A stretch of DNA of 64,000 nucleotides. It comes from Pirellulales bacterium (lineage in GTDB: Bacteria; Planctomycetota; Planctomycetia; Pirellulales; JAICIG01). This document shows positions 31,525-43,452 of the stretch, piece by piece. Where the stretch lies: contig CAWAYY010000013.1 in assembly GCA_963786255.1 (NCBI GenBank), forward strand, positions 198,767 to 262,766, given 5' to 3'. The notes below the pieces were generated by a model, which saw only the letters and a program-made list of their open reading frames with translations, was not told the origin of the DNA and ran no database searches. Each line of letters begins with the position of its first letter. Position 1 is the first letter of the stretch. Both the position numbers and the translations under genes were made by a program.

Positions 31525-32310
31525 TTGACGCCCGTTCTCTCGCTTCAGTTGAATGCTGGCGCCCAAGGCGCCTCCGAGGAGACTGATCTCGTGGCTGTTT
31601 CAAGCGTTGTTTCCACGCAAGCGTATCCGTCCACTAGCAGCGCTCAGACCGCTACGTCAGCCGACGGGAGCGACTTTGCTGCAATCCTTGCCGCGGCGCA
31701 AGCCAGCGGCGAAACGGCCGCGCAGCCTTCGCGGTCCGCTGCCTCACAACCGAGCGCAGCAGCGGACCCAAACGCGTGGCTCGATATGTCGGACGGCAAG
31801 GGTCTTGTCAACCTGGATGATTACTTCACGCCGAAAACAGGGTTCAACTTCGACGATCCCCATTCATTGCCGCCCTTGCTGCTTCCATCGCCCGGCAACA
31901 TCGAAGCATTGTCGACCCATGCTGCGGCGAATTTCCGCCAGTTGCTGGCGGACAGCGGAATTCCGGCGGCGCCGTCAAAGATTACGTACGGGGCGGACGG
32001 GAAGGCGCAGTTCCCAAGCGATTACGCATACGCCGATCAACTCAAGCAGGCGCTAGCAGGCGATCCGGCTATGGCACGCGAGCTCAGCACCGTCAACGCG
32101 CTGACGAGTCATTTTGTGGAAATGAAGAAGAGCCTGCCCTTCCTGCAGGCCTACGAAGCGGCCGGTTCGCAGCAGGAAGCCGACGCCGTCGTTGCAAAAT
32201 TCAGCTACCTGTTCAACAACCAGCGCCCCACGTCTCAAATCGCCTTGCAGTTCTCCGCCGATGGCTCTTTGACCGTCACCGCCGACGGCAAACCCTACGA
32301 CGAGGCCTGA
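31525..32310 (+). CDS. hypothetical protein (Ala/Ser-rich N-terminus)
   Basis: 261-aa ORF with TTG start. No recognisable motif. Called on coding-like composition and length only. Confidence 0.35.
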   Translation: MTPVLSLQLNAGAQGASEETDLVAVSSVVSTQAYPSTSSAQTATSADGSDFAAILAAAQASGETAAQPSRSAASQPSAAADPNAWLDMSDGKGLVNLDDYFTPKTGFNFDDPHSLPPLLLPSPGNIEALSTHAAANFRQLLADSGIPAAPSKITYGADGKAQFPSDYAYADQLKQALAGDPAMARELSTVNALTSHFVEMKKSLPFLQAYEAAGSQQEADAVVAKFSYLFNNQRPTSQIALQFSADGSLTVTADGKPYDEA

Positions 32311-32479
32311 TCGAACGGCGGCGGGTTGCTACGTAACGTCCTGTCAGCGAATGCGACGCCAGAACGCAGCTCGGCGTCGTACACGCCGGAATGGTATCCC
32401 ACATTTACGGCCTCTCGATTAAGATCCATCGGGGGCATGGGCTGGGCGGCGTGCGTTGAGGCACGGTCAAGGTGCATGG

Positions 32480-33707
32480 ATGGCGTCTACAATCATGGTG
32501 GATGTTGCGATCTTTGGCGGCGGAGTCGCCGGGTTGTGGCTGCTTGATGAATTGCGACGTCACGGGTTTTCCGCCGTGCTGCTGGAAGCCGGTGAGCTGG
32601 GCGGTGGTCAGACCATTGCTTCCCAAGGCATTTTGCATGGCGGCGCCAAGTATGCCGCTGTCGGGCATCGTCAGTCGCTCAGCGCAGGAAGTGCGCGATA
32701 TGCCCGGGCTGTGGCGCGACTGCCTGGCGGGAAGGCGCGAGCCGGATTTGTCGCAAACCCGAGTCCGGTCGCCGCATTGTTATCTTTGGCGCACTGGATC
32801 GCTCGCTTCGCGGCTCGGCATGCTGGGCGCTCGTGTCGGCTTGCGCGTGGCGCCGCAGCGTGTCGATCAAGCGGACAGGCCCGCGCTGCTGGCGGGCTGT
32901 CCAGGCATGGTCGCCCGGCTCGACGAGCAAGTCATCTCCCCAGCGGATCTCCTCGCGAACTTTCTCCAGCGCAACCGAGAACGGATTCTGCAGATCGACG
33001 CCGAATGCGGCCTCGAGTTCGAACTCTCCGCCGTCCGAGTCGATGCGATTCGACTGCGGCATCCGGCAACCGGAGAGCCGCTCGTTGTGCGGCCGCGGCG
33101 CGTCGTGCTGACGGCCGGCGCCGGGAACGCGCGCCTACGCGAACGCTTGAGTCTGTCAACGACCGTCATGCAGCGACGACCGTTGCACGTGGCGCTGGCA
33201 AGAGGAAAGCTGCCGCTCTTCTCCGGGCACTGCGTCGACGGAGCGGAAACTCGCATCACGATCACCGCCGACGCTGATTCGGCGGGGCGCGTGGTTTGGC
33301 AGATCGGCGGGCGGCTTGCCGAACGGGGCGTCTCGCTCGACGGCGCCGAGTTAATGCGATTTGCCAGGACCGAGTTGCTCGCGGTGCTGTCGGGGCTCGA
33401 CTTGAGCGAAGTCGAGTGGGCGACTTACCGGATCGATCGGGCGGAACTGGCCCGCGTCGGCGGCCGCCGTCCGGATACGGCGCAGATCATCCAGGAGGGG
33501 AACGTCATCACCGCCTGGCCGACCAAGCTCGTACTGGCGCCGAAACTGGCAGAGCGCATCGTCGCGCAATTGCCGCCCCCGAACCTGGCGACGGATGCGC
33601 GGGCGTGGGGCGACTGGCCCCGCCCCAAGGTCGCCCTTGCTCCTTGGGAAGCATGCACAAGCTGGCAACGACTTGGGGAAGATTCCTTACAAAGCGAGGC
33701 GGCGTGA
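32480..33707 (+). CDS. FAD-dependent oxidoreductase (one frame break near 32655)
   Basis: N-terminal dinucleotide-binding motif [52 protein letters not shown] in the ORF 32456 frame. The remainder is in ORF 32472-33707 (VVLTAGAGN..., [14 protein letters not shown]). Confidence 0.7.
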
Positions 33708-34501
33708 TGGCGATCTGCAATCGCAGTTTCGGCGTTTCGGGATTGACTGTCAGCCCAATTGGGTTCGGGGCGTTCAAGGTCGGCCGGAACCAGAAGACCA
33801 AATATCCGTCGGCGTACGACCTGCCGGGCGCCGACGCGAGCGGGCGCCTCTGAACGCCATGCTGGATCTGGGCGTGACCTATTTCGATACGGCGCCGGCT
33901 TACGGTGTGAGCGAAGAGCGGGTCGGCGCGGCACTGGCCAGGCGTCGTCACGAGTTTGTGCTGTCGACCAAGGCCGGCGAGACGTTCGTCGACGGCGTCT
34001 CGACGTACGATTTTTCGCGCCTGCCATCCATGCCAGCGCGCGTTGCAGCTTGGCGCGGGTGAAGACCGACGCCGTCGACCTGTTATTCCTGCACGCGCCG
34101 CGGACGACCTGCAGGTATTGAACGAAACCGACGCCGTGGAAGCGCTGCAGGAATTGAAAACACAGGGGCTGGCGCGAGCGATTGGGTTTTCGGCGAAGAC
34201 GCCGGCGGCCGCGCTGCAGGCCTTGGACTGGGCCGATGCGTTGATGGTGGAATACCATCTTCACGACCAGACGATGGCCGGCGCGATCCAGCAGGCCGCC
34301 CAGCGCGGCGTCGCGATCGTCGTGAAAAAGGCGCTGGCCTCCGGGACGTTGCCGGCGGCCGAGGCGCTCGAATTCGTACTGCAGAACCCGGCGGTCGCGA
34401 GCATCGTGATCGGAACGCTCAATCTCGATCACATGCGAGCCAATCTTGCGATTGCTGGGAAAACGAGACGCGGCGTCACGGATAGCTCATGTCGAGCTTG
34501 A
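33707..34501 (+). pseudogene. aldo/keto reductase, at least 3 frame breaks
   Basis: ATG 33707 overlaps the upstream stop (GTGATGG). Pieces in different frames: [14 protein letters not shown]; [25 protein letters not shown]...VLSTKAG; [14 protein letters not shown]; AVEALQELKTQGLARAIGFS...IVIGTLNLDHMRANL. Confidence 0.75.
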
Positions 34502-35279
34502 ACGCGTTTTTGTCGGGATACATGTCGCGCACTGCGGCATCCCAACTCAGCGTGTTGGCGTGGCCGTCGAGATACAGGTAGTTCGCGGCGGCGTTGTGCC
34601 GTTCGTAGGCGATCCACGGCTGAATGATGTTCGTGCCGAGCCAGATATCGTAATCGTCCTGTCGTGGATCTTCGCCGCCGGCCACCGTGAAAACGTCGGC
34701 GTTGCGTTCAGAAAAGGCCACGAACTGCGACGTGCCGATTTCCATGCTGAACCTTTTGAGCGACCAGAAGCCATAACGCCGCGTCTTGTGGCTCAACAGC
34801 GAGTTCATCAAGTAACTGGTGCGGTGTTCGATGCCGTCAACCTGCCCGGTATCCGGATCGACGAACGGCTCGCGCATTGAAGGATCGTCGCTGCAGCGGT
34901 AGACCTCTTCGGTGGCGACCCAAATGCCTTGCCTGGCCAGTTGTTCGTTTGCCTCCTGACTGCCGCCGATATACGGCATCAGCTTGTCTTCCCAGTAGAT
35001 CTCCGCGAAAGAGTTGCTCAGCCCCACGTTGGAGATGACGTCGGCGTCGAACGGATGGTGCAGGAAGAAGTATTCTCGCCAGGCGTTGTAATACTGGTGC
35101 ACCCCGATGCCGATCTGACGCTGGTGCGACAGGCAATCCATCCGCCGCGCCGCTTCGCGCGCCATTTGCACGGCCGGCAGCAAAAGCGCGATCAGCACGC
35201 CGATTACCGCGATGACGACCAGCAGTTCGACGATCGTGAAGCCGGTGCGTGCGGGCCTGCTGTTCCGAATTGAATTCAT
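34476..35279 (-). CDS. DUF1559 protein with prepilin-type N-terminus
   Basis: [52 protein letters not shown]-terminal [15 protein letters not shown] motif. Intact 267 aa. Confidence 0.9.
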   Translation of the reverse strand: MNSIRNSRPARTGFTIVELLVVIAVIGVLIALLLPAVQMAREAARRMDCLSHQRQIGIGVHQYYNAWREYFFLHHPFDADVISNVGLSNSFAEIYWEDKLMPYIGGSQEANEQLARQGIWVATEEVYRCSDDPSMREPFVDPDTGQVDGIEHRTSYLMNSLLSHKTRRYGFWSLKRFSMEIGTSQFVAFSERNADVFTVAGGEDPRQDDYDIWLGTNIIQPWIAYERHNAAANYLYLDGHANTLSWDAAVRDMYPDKNAFKLDMSYP

Positions 35280-35902
35280 CGTGGGCGCCAGTCAAGGTAA
35301 AACGGACGGAAAGTCTTCGGTCTGCAATGCTTGAAATTGTAGTTGCGGCACTATGGGCTGCAAGATGCTCGGCGACACGCGGCGGAACGCAGCATGGAAG
35401 TGCGCCCGGGATCCCTAGGGAAAGCGACGCCCCGGCGCCGTTGCCTCGAACCGGTTTTGTCTGCCCGTCCGGCCCGACGGGCGGGGTTTTGATTCAACCC
35501 GATCTTGACCGCCGAGCGGCGGCGCTCTACTCTTGCCATGATGACTCCACCCTAGCGACCCTTTGGATTTTTCGCGGAGTGCGGCGCCCGCCGTTCAATC
35601 GGCCTCTTCTGCGCTTGCCGAAGCTGCTTTTCTGGCTTGGCTCCTTCTCTCCGCAATCCCGCGCATTCTCGCATCCGGCCGCCCTGACGTTTCGGCTGGC
35701 ATGGGCGTACACCGCGGCGTAACGCTCGGCATTCCCCTCGCGGCTTCTCGCAGCGCTCGTCCCGGCTGAACCTGGATCGGCTCAAGTGCAGCAATTCGCC
35801 GGCAAGTCGCTGGTTCAGAAAGTCGGGCGCCGACCAATTGGAGCGGGCGGATGGGAAATCACAGGCATTCCTGCAACTGAGAAAGTACGCGACCTAAGAG
35901 CA

Positions 35903-38051
35903 ATGACCGACGATCGCGGATCGAGCAACGAGCTATCGCACCAATCGAACCTGACGGAAGACCAGGAGCGAGCCCACCACGCGGTCTTGACGCGCAAGAT
36001 TGCGGCCGCGCTGAAGGCGGTCCATGACCGTGTCGTCTCGCGCCACGAAGAGATGATGGAGATCAAACGGCAAATCCAGGAGCACGCCCGCGACCTGGAT
36101 CATGTTGATAAAGCGAATTTGCGCCAGGCGGCCGACATGGCGTCGCGCATGGGCGAGCATTCCATCGAACAGCGCAGAAAGCTCGCTCGGTTGCTGGAAT
36201 CTCCCTATTTCGGACGCATCGACGTGAGCGGCGAGGGGAGCTTCGGCAACCGCGAAGCGATGCCGGTCTATATCGGCGTACATTCCTTCACGGATGAGGT
36301 CAGCCCGCACCCGCTGGTCCACGATTGGCGAGCCCCAATCTCCAGCATGTTCTACGACTTCGAGCTGGGCGAGGCTTGTTACGAGGCGCCGGAAGGCCGC
36401 ATCGACTGTAAAATCTCCCTCAAGCGGCAGTATAAGATCGAGCAGCAGCAGTTTCGCTTCATGCTTGAGTCGGCCCTCAATATCCAGGACAACATCCTGC
36501 AGGAGGAGCTGAGCCGGGCTTCGGACGATAAGCTCAAGAACATCGTCGCCACGATTCAGCGCGACCAAAACGCGATCATCCGCAACGAACGGTCTCAGAC
36601 TCTGGTCATTCAGGGCGCCGCCGGATCGGGCAAGACGTCGATCGCGTTGCACCGCATCGCTTACCTGCTTTACAAACACAAGGACGTGATTCGCTCCGAC
36701 AATATCCTGATCATTTCGCCGAACAAAGTCTTCGCCCACTACATCTCGCAGATTCTGCCGGAACTCGGCGAAGAGATGATTCGCGAAACGACGATGGAGC
36801 AACTGGCGGAGGAACTCCTGGACGGCGGATATAAGTTCCAGACGTTCGCCGAGCAGGTCGCCAAACTGCTCGACGGGAGCGATGAAGCTTTTGCCGAACG
36901 CGTTCGCTTCAAAGCCACGGCGGAGTTTCTCGACCAGTTGGACCGTTACAGCGAGTACGTCCGGGCCACGAATTTGCGGACCGACGGAGTCCGCATCGGC
37001 ATGATTGTGCTTGAGTCCAACTGGATCTCGAACCTGTTCCGCAAGCGGGCCGGACGCGCGTTCAGCGAACAGCTTAACGGCGTGGTCAACGAGATTGTGG
37101 AACACATGAAGTACCAGCACCTGAAGGAAGTCGTCGGCGCGGAGCGGGCTCGGGTCGCAAGGAACTTCGGCAAATGTTCGCCGACACGAAGCTGAAGACC
37201 ATCTACAAGAAGTTCTACGCCTGGATCGAGCGGCCGGAGATGTTCAAGCAAGGCGCCAAAGGGTCGCTCGAGTATTCCGACGTGTTCCCGCTTGTTTATC
37301 TGATGGTGATGCTCGAGGGGACGAATTCCCGAACCGACGTCAAGCACGTGGTGATCGACGAGATGCAAGACTATACGCCCGTCCAATATCGAGTGCTCGC
37401 GACGCTCTATCCCGCCAACATGACGATCCTTGGCGATCGCAACCAGTCCGTCAACCCGTTCAGCTCCTCGAGCGCGGAATCGATTCGCGAAGTGCTGCTG
37501 GACGCCGAATGCGTGTACATGCGGAAGAGCTATCGGTCGACGGTGGAAATCACGAACGTCGCTCAGGCGATTATTCACAATCCGGACCTGATTCCGATTG
37601 AGCGTCACGGGGCGCCGCCGAGTTTCCATTCGTTTCCGACGCAGGCGCGGGAAATGGAGTTCTTGCTCGAACGCGTGCGGACGTTCGTTGAGAATGGCCA
37701 CAACTCGCTGGGCATTATCTGCAAGACGCAGAAGCAAGCGGAGGCGGTGTATAGGCGCCTGTGCGGCGAGGCGGACGTGCGGCTGATCGACGCGGAGAGC
37801 AAAATCTTCAGTGGCGGCGTCCTGATTGCAACCGCTTATCTGGCAAAGGGACTCGAATTCGACGAGATCATCGTTCCCTTCTGCCGTGAAAGCGTGTACA
37901 GCACCGGGATCGATCGGCACATGCTGTACGTGGCGGTGACCCCGCGATGCATGCCTTGGCCATCACGTATACCGGGCAGATCACTCCGTTTCTCGCCGAC
38001 GTCGTCGAGGGCCGCCTTGATTCGGTCGCGCTTAACGCTCGCCATTTTTGA
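35903..38051 (+). pseudogene. HelD-like UvrD/REP superfamily-1 helicase (two frame breaks)
   Basis: ATG 35903. HelD-type N-terminal region YFGRIDV...PVYIGVHSF...LVHDWRAPISSMFYDFE. Walker A VIQGAAGSGKTSIALHRIAYLLY. After the break near 37160: VVIDEMQDYTPVQY, SYRSTVEI, AKGLEFDEIIV. After the break near 37940: YVAVTRAMHALAITY..., stop at 38049-38051. Confidence 0.8.
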
Positions 38052-38274
38052 GACATTTGTGAAGTAGACAAGCAGAGTACGAATGCAGATTTTTCGGGAC
38101 TCGTCATTTCGCCACATCAGCCATCAGGGCATGACGGTTGAAGGTCGTTCGCCCTGAGGCGGATATCATTCGCGTCCGCATCGTCATTGACTGCGGGAGC
38201 GGTTGAACGCGTGGGTGTGATCGCGCGACGACGGGCCCGGACGACGCCAAGCCAGGACAAGGGAAATCCGCCAC

Positions 38275-39039
38275 ATGACCAGCAGCCAGAAGACGACGGG
38301 CAGCCCGTTTCGCCTTTCCATCCTTCACGATTCCGACACCGACTTGGGGCGAGTAATGCTCCGGAAGCGTTGGTCCTTGGCGCTGGAACGCGACGTGTTC
38401 GAAATGACGATGGACGGCAAGCTGATGATGTCCAATGCAGTCGTCGAGTCGGAACTCGCTTTGGCCGAGCGGGCGCTGGCGCTGGTTCCTGGCGAAGAAC
38501 TGAATGTTCTCATCGGAGGCTTGGGTTTTGGATTCACCGCACGGGCGACCCTGACCAATTCGCGGGTCCGTAAACTAACGGTGGTCGAACGTCTTGGGTT
38601 GGTGATCGAGTGGCATCGCGCGGGGTTGTTGCCCTGGTCCGTCGAATTCATTTCCGATCCGCGACTGACGATTTTGCACGATGACTTTTTCGGTCATGCC
38701 GCCGGACGCGTGGATTCGCCCTATCACGCCATCCTGATCGATATCGACGATTCGCCGAGCCTGCTGTGGCACGACAGCCACGCGGGGTTTTACCAGTCAA
38801 CCGGACTCGAGACGGTCCGAGAGCGTCTCGCCCCGGGAGGCGTGCTTGCGCTATGGTGCGCTACGCATCCAGGAGAAGCATTCGTCGCGACGGCGGAAGC
38901 TGCCTTCGCCACAGCAAATGTGATCGAGATTCATTTTGAGAACCCGTGCCTGCGGCAGCCGGAAACCAATTACATCCTACTGGCGACGGCGCATAATCGT
39001 GAAAAGCCGCGAAATGGCGAAAATCATTCGGTTTCGTGA
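38275..39039 (+). CDS. spermidine/spermine-synthase-like methyltransferase-fold protein
   Basis: 254-aa ORF with ATG start. VLIGGLGFGFTARATL...VVERL...AILIDIDDSP...LAPGGVLALW. Confidence 0.65.
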   Translation: MTSSQKTTGSPFRLSILHDSDTDLGRVMLRKRWSLALERDVFEMTMDGKLMMSNAVVESELALAERALALVPGEELNVLIGGLGFGFTARATLTNSRVRKLTVVERLGLVIEWHRAGLLPWSVEFISDPRLTILHDDFFGHAAGRVDSPYHAILIDIDDSPSLLWHDSHAGFYQSTGLETVRERLAPGGVLALWCATHPGEAFVATAEAAFATANVIEIHFENPCLRQPETNYILLATAHNREKPRNGENHSVS

Positions 39040-39378
39040 CGACGCTCCGGAATCGATTCGTTGCGATATGCAGGGAGCAAGGAATATGAAACAAACGCAA
39101 CTACTGGCCATCGAAGCGGTCGGAAGCTTTCACTGCGCCTTGGGCTTCATCCAGGGTCTGCTGGTAGCACCGGGCGCGTCGAGTTACCATGCGCAGATGG
39201 CCCTGGTCGACATCCACAAGGTCGACATCGTCAAGGTTGCCTTCCCGGAGGATGCAGACGAGGAGTTATCCGAACACTGGGATCCAAGATCGCCGTTTCG
39301 TCTCGATCTGGGAGGGCAAGGTTAGAATCGCCTCGAGTTGGTCGCGGCGAGCGTGCGCTGAGTCGCCTGGAGAACCCT

Positions 39379-39715
39379 ATGTCCGACCTTGATCCGATCA
39401 AGGATGCCGAGCGGCTCCTCAGAGATCTTCGAGCGCGAAGCGCTCGAACGCCTCGAAGCTGCAAACGCAGCGGCGGAGGCGCCGCAAATGAACGCCGCAG
39501 TTGGGCGTTTGACCTACATGGATGCGTATCAACAGCAGCAAATGGCGCTGCACGGGAAGCGAATGTTGGATTCGCAACTCGCAGCGATCCGGACCGCACT
39601 GCAGCGCGTGCACAAGGGAAGCTACGGAATCTGCGAAGCGTGCGGCGGGCCTATCCCGCCGGAACGCCTCGAATACATGCCTGAAACGGCTTACTGCGTG
39701 AACTGCCAACGCTGA
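39379..39715 (+). CDS. DksA/TraR-family C4 zinc-finger protein (one frame break near 39420)
   Basis: ATG 39379 (MSDLDPIKDAERLL), then the ORF 39389-39715 frame: ...LHGKRMLDSQLAAIRTALQRVHKGSYGICEACGGPIPPERLEYMPETAYCVNCQ. Confidence 0.7.
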
Positions 39716-39785
39716 ATGAGTCCTATTCGTTCGGGCGAATCCGCAACCGTTGCCGCCGCCGCTCTTCGGCTCTCGCCAGGCTTGC

Positions 39786-40491
39786 TTATTCATCCGCCAA
39801 ACGATATCCGACGCCCTGTTCCGTGAGCAGATAACGCGGCTGGGAAGGGGTTGCTTCGAGCTTTCGCCGTAGGCCCGCCATGAAGACCCGCAAGTAGTGG
39901 ACTTCCTCGGCATTGCCCGGCCCCCAGACCTCCTTGAGCAGTTGGCGGTGCGTGAGCACCTTGCCCGCGTGCTGGGCGAGCACGCTCAGCATGCGATACT
40001 CGATCGGCGTGAGGCGGATTTCCTTCTCTCCCAGGAAGACTGCGCCGCGCGGCAAAATCGACGGTCAAATCACCCACCGCGAAACGGGGCTCGCTCTTGC
40101 CGGCGGCTCGGCTGGCATGGCGGAGCGCGACGCGGACGCGGGCCAGCAGTTCGCCCATGCCGAAAGGCTTGGTCAGGTAGTCGTCGGCGCCGGAGTCGAG
40201 CGCGGCGATCTTGTCTTTCTCCTGCCCGCGAGCCGAGAGCACGATCACCGGCGCCGCCAGCCATTCGCGCAAGGTTCGCAGCACGTCCAGGCCGTCCTGG
40301 TCCGGCAGGCCCAGATCGAGGATGACGAGATCGGGCGGTTGTGAAGCGGCCAGAGTCAGGGCTTTCTGGCCCGTCTCCGCCTCGATCAGTCGATAGCCTT
40401 CTCCTTCCAGCGAAGCGCGCACGAATTTGCGGATCGGGCTTTCGTCTTCAATCAGCAAAATCTGCGTGGGAACGGGCATCGTGGGAATCAT
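39786..40491 (-). CDS. kdpE: KdpE response regulator (one frame break near 40050)
   Basis: REC domain QILLIEDESPIRKF...DLVILDLGLPDQDGLDV...DDYLTKPF in ORF 39790-40491. OmpR-type wHTH IRLTPIEYRMLSVLAQHAGKVLTHRQLLKEVWGP...LRVFMAGLRRKLE...GVGYRL in ORF 39786-40055. Confidence 0.85.
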
Positions 40492-40560
40492 GATAGCAAG
40501 AAGACCGCTGCCGCGGCGACGCGATCACGCGGCAAGGGTTCTCGCTCGGCGCTGCGGGAC

Positions 40561-43285
40561 TCATTCGGCGATCGCCTTGCGGATCAGCTCCTTTTCATTG
40601 GCGAGGGACGGCGGTTTCGTTCCCAAGGGTAAGCTGAAGGAAAAGCGGGCGCCGCCGCCCGAGCGGTTCTCGGCCCAGATCCGCCCGCCGTGCGCGGCGA
40701 CGATCGCCTTGCAGATCGCCAGGCCCAAGCCGGCGCCGGCTCGGCCGTCGGATGCCGACGCTGCGCCGCGAAAGAACTTTTCGAAGACGCGGTCTTCTTC
40801 GCCCGGCGGCAGCCCCGGACCGCGATCGTCGACGTCGACGATAATTTTACCCTCGTCTTGCCGCGCGTGGACTTCAATCGGCGTGCCGGGCGGCGAGTAT
40901 TTGGCTGCGTTTTCCAGCAGGTTGATCAGCGTCTGTTCGATCAGCACTTCGTCGAGCGGCACGAGCGTCAGTTCGCTCGGCACGCTGGTCGCGACGCTGC
41001 GCCCGGCCAGTTGGGCGCGCACCTGATGCAAGGCGGAACCGATGACCTCTTCGATCAGTTGCCATTCGCGGCGGACCTTGACGCTGCCGGACTCGATGCG
41101 CGTCATGTCGAGCAGGTTGTCCACCAGCCGGCTGAGTCGCCGGCCGTCGTCGTAGATCGTCTGGTACAGCTCGCGCCGCGTCGCCTCGTCCAGCGCATCG
41201 CCGGCCTGCAGCAAGCTGCTGCTGGCGCCGGTGATCACCGCCAGCGGAGTGCGCAGGTCGTGCGAGACCGAGCTCAGCAGCGAGCTGCGCAGCCTCTCGG
41301 CCTCGGCCTGGACCAGCACCGCCTGCACCTGCGCGGCCAGTTGGTCGCGCTCGATCGCGCCGGCAATCTGGCTGGCGAACGTCTCGAGCAACTGTCGCTG
41401 CTCGTGCATTTCGAACTGTTCCCGGCCCAGCGGCTTAATCCCCAGCACGCCAATCGGTCCCTGTGAGCCGACGAGCGGGATATAGAAGGCTTGCGCGCTG
41501 GGCAACGTGTTCGTGCCGATGCCGGCTTGCTGTTGATGGGCGAAGACCCACTGCGCGACGGCCAGTTCATTTTCCTGGGCGGCGAAACTCGTGGTAGCGC
41601 CGCCGGCCGATTTCAGCTTTTGCGCGTCGTCTGGCAGCAGCACGGCGGCCTCGCCGCCGAACAACGCGGCCAGTTGTCGGGACGCTACGTCGGCCAGTTG
41701 GTGGCTGCCTACTTGCCCGGCCAGTTGGCGGCTCATGTTGTACAAGGCCTCGGTCCGCCGCGCACGCTGTCGAGAGAATTCCGCCTGCTCGCGGACTCTG
41801 GCCGTCAACGTGCTCGTCGATAGCGCGATGCCGAACAACACCGCGAACGTAATCAGGTACTGCGTGGTATCGGCGACGGCGAAGGTGTGATAGGGAGGCA
41901 CGAAGAAAAAATCGAACAACAACACGCTGGCCAGCGACGCCAACGCTCCGGGGCCGCGCCCGTATCTCGCCGCGGCAAAGACGACGCCGAGCAACAGCAC
42001 CATCGCCAGGTTCGCTTCGGCCAGCCCGGCTTGGAAGATTGCCGCGTCGATCAGGCCGCAGGCGGCGACGATCAGCAGCCCGCCGGCGTAGTTCCGCCAC
42101 GAGCGCGCGTGTAGGGCGCGGAGCGGGAGCGGCGGCCAGCGGCTCTTCAATTCCGTGAATGACGTGGACGTCGATCTCGCGGCTATTGCGCAGCAGTTCG
42201 TCAACCAGGCTGCGGCGGAAGCGGCGATACCAGGGAAGCTGGCCCGTCTTGCCGACCACAATCCGGGTGACGTTGCGCACTCTCGCGTAACTGAGCAATT
42301 CCTCGGCCGGATTGGCGCCGGCGAGCGTGACGATCTCGGCGCCGAGTTGTTCCGCCAGTCGGACGTTGTGTACCAGCCGCTGCCGCGCCTTGGCGTCCAG
42401 CTCTTCGGCGCCCGGCCGCTCGACGTAGACGGCGATCCAGTCAGCCCGCATCAGGCTTGCCATGCGCTTGGCAGTACGGATCACGCGCGGCGACATCGGG
42501 CTGGGGCTGACGCAGACCAGCAGCCGTTCCGTGGTGGCCCAGGTCTGTTTAGCCGCGCCGGTCAGCCTGGCCGACTGTATCTCGGCGTTGACCCACTCGG
42601 CCATTCGCCGCAGTGCCAATTCTCGCAGGGCGGTCAGATTGGCTTTGCGGAAGAAGTTCTGTACGGCGTGCTCGGCCTGGGCGGACATGTAGATCCGACC
42701 GGTGCGGAACCGCTCCAGCAGGCTTTCGGGCGGCAGATCGACCAGCTCGACCTCGTCGGCCCGCTCCAGCAGCAAGTCCGGCACCGTTTCCTGCACGACC
42801 ACCCCGGTGATCTGGGCGACGACGTCGTTGAGGCTTTCCAGGTGCTGGACGTTCAGCGTCGTATAAACGTCGATACCGGCGTTGAGCAGCTCATCCACGT
42901 CCTGCCAGCGTTTGGCGTGCCGGCTGCCCGGCGCGTTTGTATGCGCCAGCTCGTCGACGACGACCAACGCCGGATGCTGCGCCAGCGCCGCGTCGAGATC
43001 GAATTCTTTGAGCTTGATGCCGCGATACTCGACTTCACGCAGCGGCACGATGTCCATGCCCAGCAGCATGGCCGCCGTTTCGCTGCGGCCGTGCGTCTCA
43101 ACGACGCCGACCAACACGTTCCGCCCGGCAGAGACGTCGCGGCGGGCCGTTTCGAGCATCGAATACGTCTTGCCGACGCCGGCCGCGAAGCCGAAGAACA
43201 GCTTCAACCGGCCTCGCTTGGCGCGTTCCTCCTCCGCCTGGACCTGGGCCAGCATCGCATCGGGATTGGGCCGCTCGTCGCTCAT
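40561..43285 (-). CDS. kdpD: KdpD sensor kinase (one frame break near 42110)
   Basis: KdpD N-terminal domain GFAAGVGKTYSML plus a Usp-like domain in ORF 41567-43285. TM cluster, GAF-like region, H-box SHDLRTPLAVI and HATPase ([17 protein letters not shown]) in ORF 40561-42261. Confidence 0.9.
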
Positions 43286-43364
43286 GGAATCGCTACGCCG
43301 GAAGGGACGGCGCCGTTGTAAGTCGGGAGCCTTGATCTTTTAACTTGGGGACGAGCACGGGCTG

Positions 43365-43416
43365 TAGGGTGGGCATTGCCCACCATGATTCGCTGGTGGG
43401 CAATGCCCACCCTACA
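43365..43416. repeat. nested perfect palindrome between kdpC and kdpD (REP-like element or bidirectional hairpin)
   Basis: GTAGGGTGGGCATTGCCCACC (43365-43385) is the exact reverse complement of GGTGGGCAATGCCCACCCTAC (43396-43416). Each arm is itself near-palindromic (GGTGGGCA/TGCCCACC). Confidence 0.7.
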
Positions 43417-43452
43417 AGATTCGATTCCTTGCGGAGGCGCACAGCTTGGATC

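Noticed and set aside
35815-35840. GAAAGTCGGGCG, reminiscent of the RNase P RNA GGAAAGTCCGGGC core
   Set aside because: An isolated short match. None of the other conserved RNase P RNA blocks are nearby, and the position is inside the leader/5' region of the HelD-like gene.
35933-37120. 395-aa ORF on the minus strand
   Set aside because: Antisense to the HelD-like helicase (Walker A GAAGSGKT on the plus strand). Shadow ORF.
42155-43321. 388-aa ORF on the plus strand
   Set aside because: Antisense to the KdpD N-terminal domain. Shadow ORF.
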